From positions 62,001 through 102,073 of the forward strand of contig JYFJ02000935.1 of the NCBI GenBank assembly GCA_000934665.2: DNA of 40,073 bases, in the 5' to 3' direction. Origin of the DNA: Catajapyx aquilonaris (taxonomy: Eukaryota). Both the position numbers and the translations under genes were made by a program. Below, in pieces: positions 24,080-37,000 of the stretch (within the stretch, counting starts at the first letter, position 1; every line of letters starts with the position of its first letter). The notes beneath the pieces were generated by a model. That model was given only the letters and a program-made list of their open reading frames with translations, was not told where the DNA came from and did no database searches.

Positions 24080-24379
24080 AACTCTTGTCGTATACATGGA
24101 ATTGTCACCAAAAGTCGCCTGCAACCTTCTATGGGTATATACCTGGTACTCTCCTCCTTCCTATGACTAAAATCGGATTTTTGGTAGTTCAATGCTTCTG
24201 GCGTATACTGCTTCTATCGAGGACATGTTTTCATCCGATTGGAGTCGCACTTTCTGTTCAATATTGGATCCACTTTTGATCTGATATCGACCAAATTTGA
24301 TGAGTCGGTAGGTGACACGTACTGTACTTGAAGTCTCATTAATTTTTATATTGTATTTATTAGCAATCATCTTTTCGTA
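24080..24379 (-). mobile_element. Decayed mariner element 5' end: putative TIR, leader and transposase N-terminal HTH
   Basis: From ATG 24226 a single frame reads MSSIEAVYARSIELPKIRF*S*EGGEYQVYTHRRLQATFGDNSMYTTRV. This matches the mariner pattern 'IKFL..EG....EIHRRLQA.FGD..MSRTRV'. ORFs 24167..24487 and 23933..24124 are the same frame, split by two stops. A TA-CGA... terminus-like start is at 24379-24375. Confidence 0.65.
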
Positions 24380-27300
24380 CGCCTGTCTGGACTGATCACT
24401 CTCATTAAATTCACCCTTGTTTATTTTAACAATGGCATTCATAAATTTTGGAATATAAGTTACGGCATAGTGTTGCAGAATGATCATGAATAACTTCTAC
24501 ATTCTTTAAAAAAGCTCGGAGTGACACATACACAGCAGGATATTTTCCATTTTCTTTTAGGCCCGTTTCGTATGTAACGAGGCTGCCGAGACCAAATGAC
24601 ACCTACACATTATATGATGCCCGTAGCCTAACCTTATAATTGATCCGCATAATTCTGAAACACCCCATATAATTATGAAAATACACTAATAGCATGAGCC
24701 TTATATGGCACATGTGGGTTGTATCTATTACCATTGTTTATTGATACAGGTTATAAATATAATGCATTAAGATAGTTTACAGCGAATCATTAAATCATCT
24801 CATATAACCATGCCTTATTTATCTTGGCATGAAATCCCTGACAGCGAATGTCTTTCCATTTTTTCATCCCTAGTCCCACATGCAGCACAAGCTGGAACCA
24901 TCAGAGCTCGGGTAAAATACAGACCCTAATAATAGATCCCGAGACCACGAAGGTAAAAAAAAACCGCGGCTGCGAGTCAACGAGGAAACTATGCACTACA
25001 CAGTTACCACAGTGTGTAAGGGTTTCATGGCGGTATATGGCTATTCACATCCCATGAAACTTGCATCCTCCACCGGTTTCTATACACCATATGTGGTTTT
25101 AGTCAAGAGATGCTATTGGCTCTCACTTGACGTGCCAGGTCATTTGACTGGGTGCGCAATCGGCTCACTCTTTTTGCACCCCCAACCCGCGAATGGGATT
25201 TGCGCTCATTGTTCATTCCGTGCAGTTCTAATTTGGTCACGGCTGCAATCAATTGTAGTGGCTTTGTACTCCAAACGCAAATGCAAATCGCAGTGATTGT
25301 CACGAGCATAACCAGCCTTACAAGCCCTTTTGCAATTCCATATTTCTCGCATCCCCCGGTCAAATAATCCCACCGCACAAAGCCTACCAATAGTAGGTTG
25401 TCTATGAGCCTGAGTTACCAGAGAGAGAACTCCGGGCGAAGAAAACGGTCCGGATGCGGCAAACAAAGAGTGCCGAACGTTTCCATCTCGTTTCCCACTT
25501 GAAACTCTTGCTAACTTTTGCAACCTAGCCTCAATTAACCTATTAATCCGGTGGCTTGCTTCAAATTCCATTAAACGGCGCCAGGATGCTGACTGCACAA
25601 AACGCAGCAAAGGCTGACTAATTCTTTTTTTTCTCGTGAGGAACAAGTACTGAATAATTATCACTTTCTCTTCCTTTTTAAAGAGGATGTGGTCATAAAA
25701 GTTGCGGCTATATCATTAGAGAAGGGTGCTGCTGAAAAAGTTCAGTCTTTGTGGACTTCTATATGGACAATGGTGATGCAAAACGTTTCTGGCCAGTTCA
25801 ATGAAGAAATGTTGAAGGAGTCAAATATTGGACAAAATTAGTCAATTTTAAACTTCAAAAAATTATGAATCAAAATTAATATCACTAAATCATTTGCATA
25901 TGAGCCAGATCGTTTTTCGAATTTCAGGTCTATATTATACCTCATAGATTCTCCATATAGGTTAATATCAGGAGGAAAAGGAAGAGCAAGTTTACGTTTT
26001 GTGTTACATCGCCGTTTGAAATTTAACACTTTTTTGTATCGCTATTTTGAAGGAAATATCGTGTTGTTGTTTTGTCTGCAGGCCAAAGTTTGCTATAAAA
26101 CTGGCGCACTAAAACGCAATGAAAAATATTGTTCGTGTTGCCGTGAAATGTTATTTACTATGACATTTTCATCCCTCACTGCGAGAGAACAAAGGTCATT
26201 TCAAGAGTATTAAATAGCTCATATAGTACTGCAAGCCGCTTACATAAAAATAGGGGCTCAACTGGCAAGTCTGAATTATGATTTCACAAAGTCGATCAAC
26301 GGTGCCGACTAAAAAATCATCTATTGAGAGTCTAATAACTTCGCTGATTCATTGTTCTATGAATACTTCGGTTCAAAGTCTATTCCATACATGCACTTGC
26401 TAAATTAGCGCATTACGTCAGAGCAGAGCAATAAATTATTCAAATCTCTGATTTGCGTTGTAGCAGGTAGGCCCCGTCCTTTTTTCTCCATAACATGCGT
26501 CTAAAAAAAGATTCCGAGCTTGACAGCCAGAGTTTTATATATAAATCTATGCATAAAATTTATGAATCCACATCAGCTTCACATGTTCTAAGTGTCATTT
26601 TCCATATCTCACATGACACTCCGGACTTGCACTTGGGATCTGGATCTAATCTAAAAATGAGGTCAACATGGTCTGCAGGTTACAACGTTAGCAGAGAGCA
26701 TTTGGAGCAATATTTGACCTTTAATAACTCGCGATCATTCCACATCATAAAATGGACCTTATTCCGTTCTGGACTACGAGGCGTGGCAAGGTGCAGATAA
26801 AATCCGGCAATGTGACCTTCCCATGTGAATCAAAATGACACTGCAAGTTTCAGATAATCACACCATTAGCATTTAAAGTCATGCACGCTGCCGGTGCAAG
26901 CCTCTTGCACAAAATTCGCCTCATTTGAAAGGAATACAAAGAGGTGTAATGAGGTATTGCCTCTTAAAATAAACGCCTATTAGTTTTAACGAGGCTTACA
27001 GGACATCAGTGGGCGCTGCTAAAATGTACGAGCTGAGGGAGGTGAGAGGTTAAGGATGAAAGAAGAGGTTATTACCAGATAAAAACGAAAAAGGGGACGG
27101 GGTGGAGGAGCCGCCTATTAGCCAGCCGACTGTATCAGATTAACACCAACTTGCAACGACTGTATTAATTGCGCCCTTAACATCCCCGTAATCATACGCT
27201 GCATACATCAGCCCATTACGCTTATTTAAATGGCGGCGTTAATGAGAGACCCGCAGCCATTTTTTGGGGTGAGGATGGTTGTGTGCAATGGTCGAAAAGG

Positions 27301-29557
27301 GAGGGTGTTGCTATAACCGATGTTGTGTTCAAGGTGTCGCTAATGGCCCAGGGAATTCCCCCCTTGCGGCATTCCTGATGACAATGAAGATTACAATTCC
27401 TAGGTGATAATAATTTCCTTGGTTTGCCTGACATGGAAAGGGGGGCGACTGTGCCTCCCAAATTACAGGCCTCCCTTTTGCTGGCGGCTTTTCCGGAGCA
27501 CCAGCAGGGGGCAGCCCGGAAATGCTCTCTACAACTGCTCTAAAGATAATGTGACTTGTGTTTTCATATTAAATACAGCCAGCGTCTCCAGGATGTGGGC
27601 GCCACAGAAACTACGCAATATTTCCTTGCATAATAATAATGCTTGTTATGCCCGCTATGGCGCGAATTACAGGGCACGTTTCCAACATTTCCATACATTA
27701 CAAGGCTAGATCACTGCACCGCAATTTTTTTTTGCTGTCCATTCAAGAATTAGCGCAACAATTAAACCCTATTGCAGAGAGGCGACCATGGGGCACACCC
27801 CCAAGGTAAGCCGTTTAGTTCAAATGACACGTGGTGTAGCTCTATCCGCCAAAATGAGCCGTCATGTGATTCCACTTTCCACGTCCTGATGCAGATTATA
27901 CGGTTGGGATGTTGCAGCAACTTCCGTGCAAATTATCCCGCCTGAACGCGGGACAGATCTAGTTTCGAGGCAATTCCTCGGTATTTCCTGACTTGTGTAA
28001 ACGCATCTTACGCGCTTTGAGAAATAGGTTTTTTTCAAATCTCCGGGTGAGGACCCCCTTGCCCCCCTTCTTCTGAAGCATGCATGACACCGTTCATAAT
28101 TCAATTTTCGCATCCTCTCCCGCACATCGCTTCAACATGTTTTCTCGACAGGTTACTTGGTTGACTCAGATTACTCAGGCGTGTCGCTCACGTTTCCGAG
28201 ACAAGAGCATATGCATGTCGGCCCGAAGGCAAACCCCACGAAACAACAAGCGCTTGGCAGTATTGCACTGGCGAATAGTGTACAGTATCCTTCCCCTGTG
28301 CAGCTTTACGTTCCGTCGACTCCACCCCATCTTGGGTCTGCACAAACATTGCTTTACCAGACGAAGATAATGCCCACACGCGATTTTACGACGACCTCCT
28401 GGAGCAAGAGAAGCCCGCTTTATGCAGTACTAACACCCCGCTCTACTACAGAAGCCCTTTCCCAAAGGTTATGCGGGGCCAACAAAAATTCCTGACCTTT
28501 TCACCAGAGGTTCAGAATGTCACGACATTTCAGACCAACCTTTCGACGCATATGCGTGGTGCATTTGCAACAATCGTGGGGTGGGTTACTTTATGACTGA
28601 CGTTTTCTGTTGGAGTCACGAAGGTGCAGTGTGATTCAAATCGTTGCTTGTCGTTACGGTATGGCGTAACACATATATTCTCCAGAGATCTTCCTTTCTA
28701 CCGGGTGCAATTATTGATTTCAAGGCGCCACTGTCATTACTCCCAAAATGCGGGCTCAGCAAGTCTTCCCAAAATGCACATGTTTAGTAGGACGATAAAT
28801 CACCCCACCTCTCTAAATATGCACACAACCTCCATGAAAAAACATGTAGCAAACAAAACAAAAACCCTTCAACCACTACGTAAACAAACAGGCTGCACTT
28901 TTCCAGCCTTCGACCTTTAGTACTTGAAAAAAAAATATTTACAGCACTAAAACAGACTACCTGGCAATCAGACCGCTAGCTGTAAAGTTATCGCAAATAA
29001 GACGTGATTATTTTACCATCGTGTTTTTGAAAACGTGGTTTAGCGAGTGCTTCCTGTACATGCGAAAATATTCCACAGGCTGGACTGCATTACTTCCAGT
29101 ATAAACAAACGCTTCGCATGCTCCTAGACTTGAAACACCTGGCCATCACTACACGAGTGCATACCCCTGCACATTTTGTGCAATGTATAATTCTCTCAAA
29201 AATTTTGTCCATCCTTGCAGAAAAAAAGAACAAAAAAAAACACTTCCGGAGAGAAAAATCACCTGGAACTGAAACCTCTCTGAAAGAGGGTGGGGTGGGT
29301 GGAAAGAGGCCGTTCTCTTCAAGGGGGACTGATCCCCGCCTCCAATGTGGAACACGACGCTATGGACGCCCTCAACGACCAAGAGGGTGAAGAGGTGACC
29401 CGGAAAGTCCATTGCGGAAAGGCAGCTGTCCGTGATGGGGACAAACCCGACTCCCCAGCCAAATCCCCTTCTACCCATTGAACCACCAAACAACCTGGAC
29501 TCCGGAGTCGGGGTCATGATTCCCCGTACAATTACAGGTTAGCCTTTCAAAGGGGGA

Positions 29558-29578
29558 AAGAAGAAGAAGAAGAAGAAG
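29558..29578. repeat. (AAG)7 microsatellite
   Basis: Seven perfect AAG units. Confidence 0.95.
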
Positions 29579-30340
29579 GAAAAGGAAAGAGTTTTTTTTA
29601 AAGAGGTTTTGGATACTAGCTCTATGGCGCCAAGGAACTCAAATGTAAGTAATGTGTCATTGGGGATAAGCGGAAAGTGATTCGTACTCTCTGAAAGGGT
29701 TCTTTTTGGCGCGTTTTCTTTATCCCAAATGAGGTCAGAAATCCAGTGGCTGTCCGTTGATTGTACTGTGGATTTCATAGCAGTGGATATAACCCAGTTG
29801 AGTACTAAATGCATGATGAGTCAGGAATTCTGTCAAACTGCCATTGGGATTACTGTGGCTAACAATAATGATTTGATGAAGCTTTGATTGGTGTCAGATA
29901 TGTCTTCTTTTCTGGTCGGCTGTTCGAAAACTAATGCTCTCTGCCATTATGCTATAGGGGAATACTGTGCTGCGGGGTTGCACCTCTGCCGCAGGTTCTA
30001 TCTGCTGATTAGAGAGTTTCATAGGGCCTACGCAGCATACAACTGAATTGGAAGCCTCTGCTTTGCTTCTCTGTAGTCGCTCTGAGCTATGCGCTGCATG
30101 GGCCCTGGAGCGAGATGTCATTTTATGTCATTTGTACAGATCCCGGCACAAAACGTGTGATGATGGTGACCTGAACCAGCCACTACGTGTTCAACATTGA
30201 GATTACAGGCCTACTGTAACTGCTAGAGGTGATATTATTTGCTCTGGTATACGGTACAAAATAGTTATTTTTAATTCGCCATATTAATTTTCTGTCTAGC
30301 TACAAATTCCACAGGCGGAATGCATGATTTTCATACACTT

Positions 30341-30753
30341 CATTTATTTATTTATTTTGGTTCCCCCTTGAGTCCAATTGGTCAATGCAGGGGGAGGAGA
30401 TCTCCTCCATTTTCTATACTTTTCAATCTCACCGGTGCAGGGACAGGGAAGGAGGAACAAAGGTGCAGTGCATTGTCCTGTGGTGAGGGCCGTGTGCAGT
30501 CCCTCAGGGCCAAGCTTAGACACTCCCCCTAGGCGCGGCCGGACGCTCCCCACAGAACACCGCGCCTCCTCCAGGGCAGGGAAAGGAAGGAAGCGGCTGT
30601 GGCCTATTTAAAGGTACGATCCCGGGATTTCCCTGGGGTGACCTTGGAAAACCACAGAAAACCATGGTCAGGACCGCCGGCCTCCGGGACTCGAACCCAG
30701 GACCTCCCGATTAGCGGTCGGACACCATATCCACTACACCACTACTGCTTCGG
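30341..30753 (-). mobile_element. Full-length tRNA-derived SINE (413 bp)
   Basis: Flanked by a perfect 16-bp TSD, TGATTTTCATACACTT (30325-30340 and 30754-30769). The minus strand starts with a tRNA-like head carrying A and B boxes, an anticodon-like stem TCCGA-CCGCTAA-TCGGG and a T-arm CTGGG-TTCGAGT-CCCGG. It ends in a (TAAA)n tail. GC content is clearly higher than the flanks. Confidence 0.92.
30687..30741 (-). promoter_or_regulatory. Internal RNA polymerase III type-2 promoter of the SINE
   Basis: A box TGGTGTAGTGG (30741-30731) and B box GGTTCGAGTCC (30697-30687), with tRNA-like spacing. Confidence 0.88.
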
Positions 30754-32135
30754 TGATTTTCATACACTTTTTATATTCATTCTTGCGGATTCTACTGATA
30801 GGCTTATTTGTTCATGTTGCTACCTAGAAACTGAAATTATACCTAGCAACGCCAGCACATGGTGACCCAAAAGTCTGAATACATAGGTACCGTAATTGTA
30901 TTGTCAACTGGTAGGGTGACAACACCTTGTCCTCCAAGAATTTAACCTTTACTGTCAACAACCTGTATATAGTTGACAACCTGCCAGCAGTTGTGCCAAC
31001 CCACAACCTATGCGTTCAGACGTTTGGACAACCATGTTGACTGCAACAACTAGTTTATGTATAGGAAACAGAGACGAAAGGTGACCTTTGCCTTGTGTAG
31101 TACTCGCTGTCAATTGCGAATTACAGCCAATATCTGTAATTCTACAGTCACTATGGCAACAAACAGTCAAACCCGATTTCCAACCCTTACACCAAGTGAT
31201 ATTAACTCGTTTCATCGCCTGCAACAACAGTTTTGGAAGGGAAGAATATAGCGATTGACCAATAGACAAGTAATATAGGTTTGGAGGCAAAATCTGGCAT
31301 CACGATTAAAATATTGTTTCGATCGACACGGTGTTTTTGTAGGATAGCTATAGCTAAAGATATGCGCCATCATGTGGCTGTGTTATATTTTGTGCCAAAT
31401 TAGCTTTTAAAATCGACCAAACGGTACTTACTTTTGGAATACGGTAATATATTATTTTCAAAGAGCAGAGCAAAACCCTGAATGAAATTTTTGTTTTAAC
31501 CGGTCATATTTTATTTGCACTTAGTCCATTGGATTCAGGTCACTCTCTGTAAAATAATATACAGTGCAACCATTATCTTTCTATGTTCATTGAAATCTCA
31601 ATTTGACGCAAGGTAGACATAATATTGTACTATCAAACATTCATTGTCCTACCAAATATTATGTCAGATGTTCGCGTTAAAAAACCGTATTTTTAAACTA
31701 GTTCCGCTGTCATGTGTTTTACTGTAAGAAAATTTGTTAACATTTTGCAATAGACCTAACATTTAAATACACATTTTCCTGCATGTAGGACTTCTGATAA
31801 AAAAGAGAACTTATAGAATGGGTGATAGAAGCAGGTTTTATCTGTGAAACCCTGCCTCGGAAGACACCTATACACTCCAAATTGGTAGCGACCTATTGCT
31901 GCCTTAATATAGGTTGTTTTTCTCCTAGAGCTATAGGATTTCTCCTTTGTCACATCTACCTTATTTTTCTTACCAGGTCTCGTTCAAAGTCCACCGCTGG
32001 CCCTCGAGTAGTCGTTAATAAGTAAGGAGAGTTGGATCAATACAAAACAACTCTGGAGAAGAAACTGGTCAACATGTGTACTGTACGGTACGACGAACTC
32101 TTTTTTGTCAATTCCCAGACCCTAGTTCGTTGCAG

Positions 32136-32149
32136 TTTTTTTTTTTTTT
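32136..32149. repeat. Poly-T tract (T14)
   Basis: 14 consecutive T. Confidence 0.9.
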
Positions 32150-33710
32150 GATCATTTTCTTCTATCTTCGTCTCGATCGTGCAGGTAACGTCCCTTTGTT
32201 CGGATTATCCGAGAGACAGAAACCAGACTGACAAATATTAGTTGACCTGAGACTCTGAAGTCAAAGTTGTCCCACGCAAGCCGTAGTCTTTTCGTGTAAA
32301 CAGTGGACGAAAAAAAAGATAAAGAAGAAGCCAGCGGTGCGGACAATCTAAAGGCAAACAAAACTTTTTCCCTGCCACTGATTTCTGCCTCATTTTTTGA
32401 TATTTGGACTTTTCACAGACTACTGTACGGCCGTACTTTGGTGAAAGCAGGGAAAGCGACTGATTCGGACCTACATTGCCTGTAATATTTTATACAATTA
32501 CTTTTATTACATTCTTTGACTGTTCATCAATAAAAATAAATTAAAATTAATTACGCACGCAAATAACAATAATACAGTATTAATGTACCCAAAGAAATAA
32601 CAGTGCAGGTATAGTGAATTGCGTTATTACAATCATTAAATAATATTAACATAGTAATTAGAAAAATAATTGTTGACGTTAACATCATTCATGCGATAGC
32701 TAAGCTGCATTAGCTTCTATCACGTTTTATAAAAAAGCCATCTTTCTAATGTTAATTCATGAATTTCATGGGTTCATTGATTTCATTCACATTCTGTTAC
32801 ATGAATGCGTCCTAAGCGTCACGAAGGGCAGCATATAAAAATCTATCACTCACTTTCCCGAATTGCGTGAACGCCCCTTTTCTCTCCAGTATGACATTCA
32901 GGTAGCGTGAACCCTTGCTGCGGCGAACAATGCCACCCTTCATTGCACCATGCCTTCATTAAGTACTCGATTACGAGCTACCCCATGAATGTGCCATTGT
33001 CCACAACTCGATCCCAATCCCCCAACCTAGGAAGAAGAAACAAATCCCCTTCCCGGACAGACTATCTTCCCCACTAGTGCTGCAATTACGATGCGAAACA
33101 CAGCTGGTACACTCCAACTCTAGAGTCCTCTTCCTCCTCTTTCCCACCAATGAAATTAAATCGATGAATAACCCCCCACCGAAACAACCCATACTACCCG
33201 TGCCTCTCGTTATTCTAGTTTCGCACTACCTTTAACGAGGTGGTATAGTGCCACCAACAGCGTTGCCTCCAACGAAATTAGACCTTGTCTAGCCTCAAGC
33301 CGGCCCCATAATTAGCCGTCCGTTATTCTGTGATTTGAGTTTTCGTGATTAATGTAATAATATATCGTCGTCGTTAATCTCGCACGAGCTTTCCAACACT
33401 TTGCAGAGCACAAAAGGGGGGCTTCTAGCCAACACACCAGGTTGGTTGGACTGGAGGTAGCTAGAGGGAGTTATATCGGACGAATTGGAAAGAAAGTAGA
33501 TTAAATTACGCACTTTGTTGTAATCGCGCCCCCAATCCTCTAGCCCCCACCTTGCCCAACCTTCCTATTCCAATCGATTCTTTTTAATTAAAGGAGAGTG
33601 CAGGTCCTCTCAACGTTTTTTTTTGTAAACATGAAAGGAGTAACCTCCCTCTACCGTCACCACCCGTTCCTATAAAAATGCACCCCTCTTTCCAGGGATT
33701 TTGAGAATCC

Positions 33711-33736
33711 GGGGGGAAAGGGTCCGGGGAATTGGG
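33711..33736 (+). other. Canonical G-quadruplex-forming motif
   Basis: GGGGGG-AAA-GGG-TCC-GGGG-AATT-GGG fits G3+N1-7 x4. Folding was not tested. Confidence 0.55.
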
Positions 33737-34026
33737 ATTTGGATTCCGTAATGCATTCTTGTCGGCAGACTCCGAAATAATCAGGTCCAGCTCTCGCACT
33801 TTGTCGTTGAATCAGGCCCAAAATGCAAATAGTCCTCCCATTTTTTAATGGTGCGCTGGCTCCTATTGGTCATGCACGCAGGGCCACACCTGCTAATTGG
33901 GTAGCTCCAGGAGTGAACAATTCGACACTGAAAAAATCAAGTATGAATCTTGCTAATTGTGTTAACTTGATGAACATGCGTGTTGGAGATTCAAATGCTC
34001 TCATCCACTTTTTCATATGTGGCTGG

Positions 34027-34043
34027 GTGTGTGTGTGTGTGTG
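34027..34043. repeat. (GT)8 microsatellite
   Basis: Eight perfect GT units plus G. Confidence 0.95.
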
Positions 34044-37000
34044 ATTCTCTTCTTGATTCCAATCGTCCCTGACTTTTGCAGGCATGATGTAAATACCCTT
34101 ATTAACATCGGCGCTACTGTGCAACTGCAGCTGGGACTACTCCAGTACCAATTACCTCTGTTTTAGCCTCAAGCTCATGCCGGGAGGCCGAGGTCTCTGT
34201 GTTTCAGATGGATGAAAAACAGCAAGGAGGGAGGAAAAATCAGTGGGGACCTGCAATATTCGGTTTCCAGAAATTTTGAAATCCAATTCTCGTGTTTTTT
34301 GTTACTTCGTCTCCTCCCTGAAGCCCCATGTTGGATTAGGATGTAATCCTAGGCTTTTCGCCTCCCGCTCGCAAAGACCTCGGGAGAAATTCTGTCTTGG
34401 TAACTAATGTTTTCTCGACGCATCCATGGGAAACACTGCAGATATAGTTGTCATAGCTGTTTTTTTTTCTCCCTCCCTCCAGGCTTTCCCACTAGAACTC
34501 GTTTTTTGTCACGTGATGTCCACCAATTGAAATACTGCTGCGGTAGCCGATTACATTGTCTCTCTCCACGGACAGCATTTGGACAAAATGACCTAGGTGA
34601 ATTTCGATGATAAAGCCTCCTCTGTATATACTTGCGTAGCTTTGTATGCAGGAACCACGTTCGCAAGACAATCTCAGGGAGGCTGCCTCGCCTGCTAATA
34701 CCCTCCTTCCTTCCCCAGCTTCTATCGGTATCAGAAACATGAGAATCACGAAATAAGACAAATTATATCCTGGCTACACCGCATTGATAACTCCATTTAC
34801 AGAACAAGTTGCACAAGTTGTTTTTAAATCAAGCGTAATTAGACTCTGTTTCTGAAATGTTAAATAAACATATGGGTTCGTTTTATACTCGTATTTGCAG
34901 GGTGTGTTAATAAGGCTTCTGTTTTTCTTTTCTTCCGAAAAGTTGCGTCTAATTACCTGAGCTGTTATAAAATTGACGGCGAAACAAAAGAGCCTCTAAT
35001 GCCCCAGTTCCCTTCATCAGCAGGCGCGGAACTTAAGAAGATAAAAGAAAACATTAGGAGCGCTTATTAATTAATCAGCTATTAATAGAGCTTGTTCAAC
35101 TTTCCAGGATGATATAAGCGGCCATCTTCTTCTAACAACAAAGTATATTGTACCGGCGGAGCGAAGATATTTTTTTCGAGCGTTCATAGGCCAAATCTGA
35201 GGAGAATCCAAGTTGCTAACAATTAGACAAGAGCCTTTCATTTACCAATTGCTCCCTTCTAGAGGACGCTTCTTAAAAGGAAACAATCCAGTGCTTTCGC
35301 GAGAAATGTTGCTTGCAATCGTTCCGCAGTGTAATTTCCTAAATTAATGCATTCTACTTTGCATAGCGCCGGCTTTACCATCAAGGAAAAGTTTCCCTCA
35401 GTTCAAGAGGATTGCTGCCAGGATTACACTGCTCTTTGAATCCAACTAGACATGTTACCTTGATTGCCTTCCAAAAACAAATGCTAAATGCCTTAATCCG
35501 ATGACATCCTTTTCCAACGGCACAAGTGTCACGCCTTCACCATTTTCCTCTTCTGCCAGCAATGTCACTTCAAACCCGGGGAAAATATTTGGGATTTTCA
35601 GACCCCATACTGCCAAATAATTCACGCGTATAAGCATCCACATTTTCATTTTTTAGTCGGCGAAAAAAAAAGCTGTCAAATTTGCCCCTAGGCAAAACCC
35701 TCTCAATAAAAAGGATTTCCTGTAATGTGACGATTCCATTCAAACGTCAGAACTATGGGACCTGTTTCGGGAGGCGAATGACAAATAACGCTGGGTTCTA
35801 CAGGGAATGCTTTAATTTTATGATGGCGGTGCAACTGTCATTTGGAGCCGCACAGCACTTCATTCATGTATACAGTTGCCAGTCAAGCTTTTTTGGATGG
35901 TCTTACTCCCGGTTTCTCTTGGCGTACAGGCCTTGGGGAAACCGAATTCGTCGCATCAATCATTCACTTTGACCGCCAAATCTATTCGGCGAGTAATTGG
36001 TTCCGTCCCGTTAATGCCCCACGATTTCCTAAAAACCGGGTGGAAAAATTATCGGCTCAAGCATCGGTTTTCGCCAATGCGGCGAAACGATTCTGCAATT
36101 ACGCTCTTTAATCCATATAAGGTTCTAGTCGATGTGCGCTTCCGCGGTTCACCTCACCTCGCCACTAACTTGGACACCAATCAAGGCAACCATATAAATT
36201 TACTTGGGCAATTTAGGGTTCTTTTTTTTGGCGACTACTTTTGGGTGCATAGGCTGCCGGCGCCTTGGCAAATTGGAGCCTCCTGAGCAATTTTCTCATT
36301 CGATTATTAATCGCGCGTTGGCTGCCTACATATTTCAGGCCCTACTAGACCCCAGTCTACATCTCTTATCACCTCCTGTGTAGAGTGATAGGACTATCGC
36401 CACGTATGTGTGGCTCAACCCCACACTAGAAATATTGACATTTTCTGTGTAAGGTAAAAAAAAGTTTGTTTTACATTGTCTCTATACGGTTTACCGTACA
36501 TTCTACTCTATATCAGGTAAAACAGCCTTTTTATTCAGCATAGACATGTGAACCTATGAATAAATTTTGATCATATGAATCTAAGCAACATTTAATCCTT
36601 GACGCGTTGGAGGGGTTTCACTTGGAGTTGAGTAATTTATCCAGCTCTTCCAAAGAAGGCTTGTACATGGACACAAACTGGATTTCATTGGCCCCTCTGG
36701 ACGCGGCTCCAGTAGCCTACTTGGCATGAACCTTCCTCCCTTGTTAAACATCAACAGTAGTGTGCAAGCTTATGCAGTTTGACCTACTTGTCCAGCTGGT
36801 CATGTTCCTTTGAATGCAAGTGAAAACAACTAGTTTTAGTTGGGCTAAGTACACCACTAGGGCCAATGTTGAGAATTTGCGCTTTTTATTATCATACTGT
36901 ACATTAATGGCTGATTTTGCAATGAAATGAATTAATATATAACAACAAACATAACAGCGTGTTACTGTACAGTTTATAATTTTTCCATAAGATTCACCTT

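Noticed and set aside
24000..24170. Alternative minus frame (YIPIEGCRRLL..LSHICG) resembling an EnSpm/CACTA transposase
   Set aside because: The overlapping frame matches the mariner HTH over a longer colinear stretch with its own ATG, and the downstream EnSpm motifs are absent.
22138..26434. 14-bp exact repeat GAGCAGAGCAATAA at 22138 and 26421
   Set aside because: A few 14-mer matches are expected by chance in 40 kb, and the flanks do not align.
30680..30753. Functional tRNA gene (anticodon-like GCT)
   Set aside because: The acceptor and D stems do not pair properly and there is no long variable arm as expected for Ser. It is the head of a TSD-flanked SINE.
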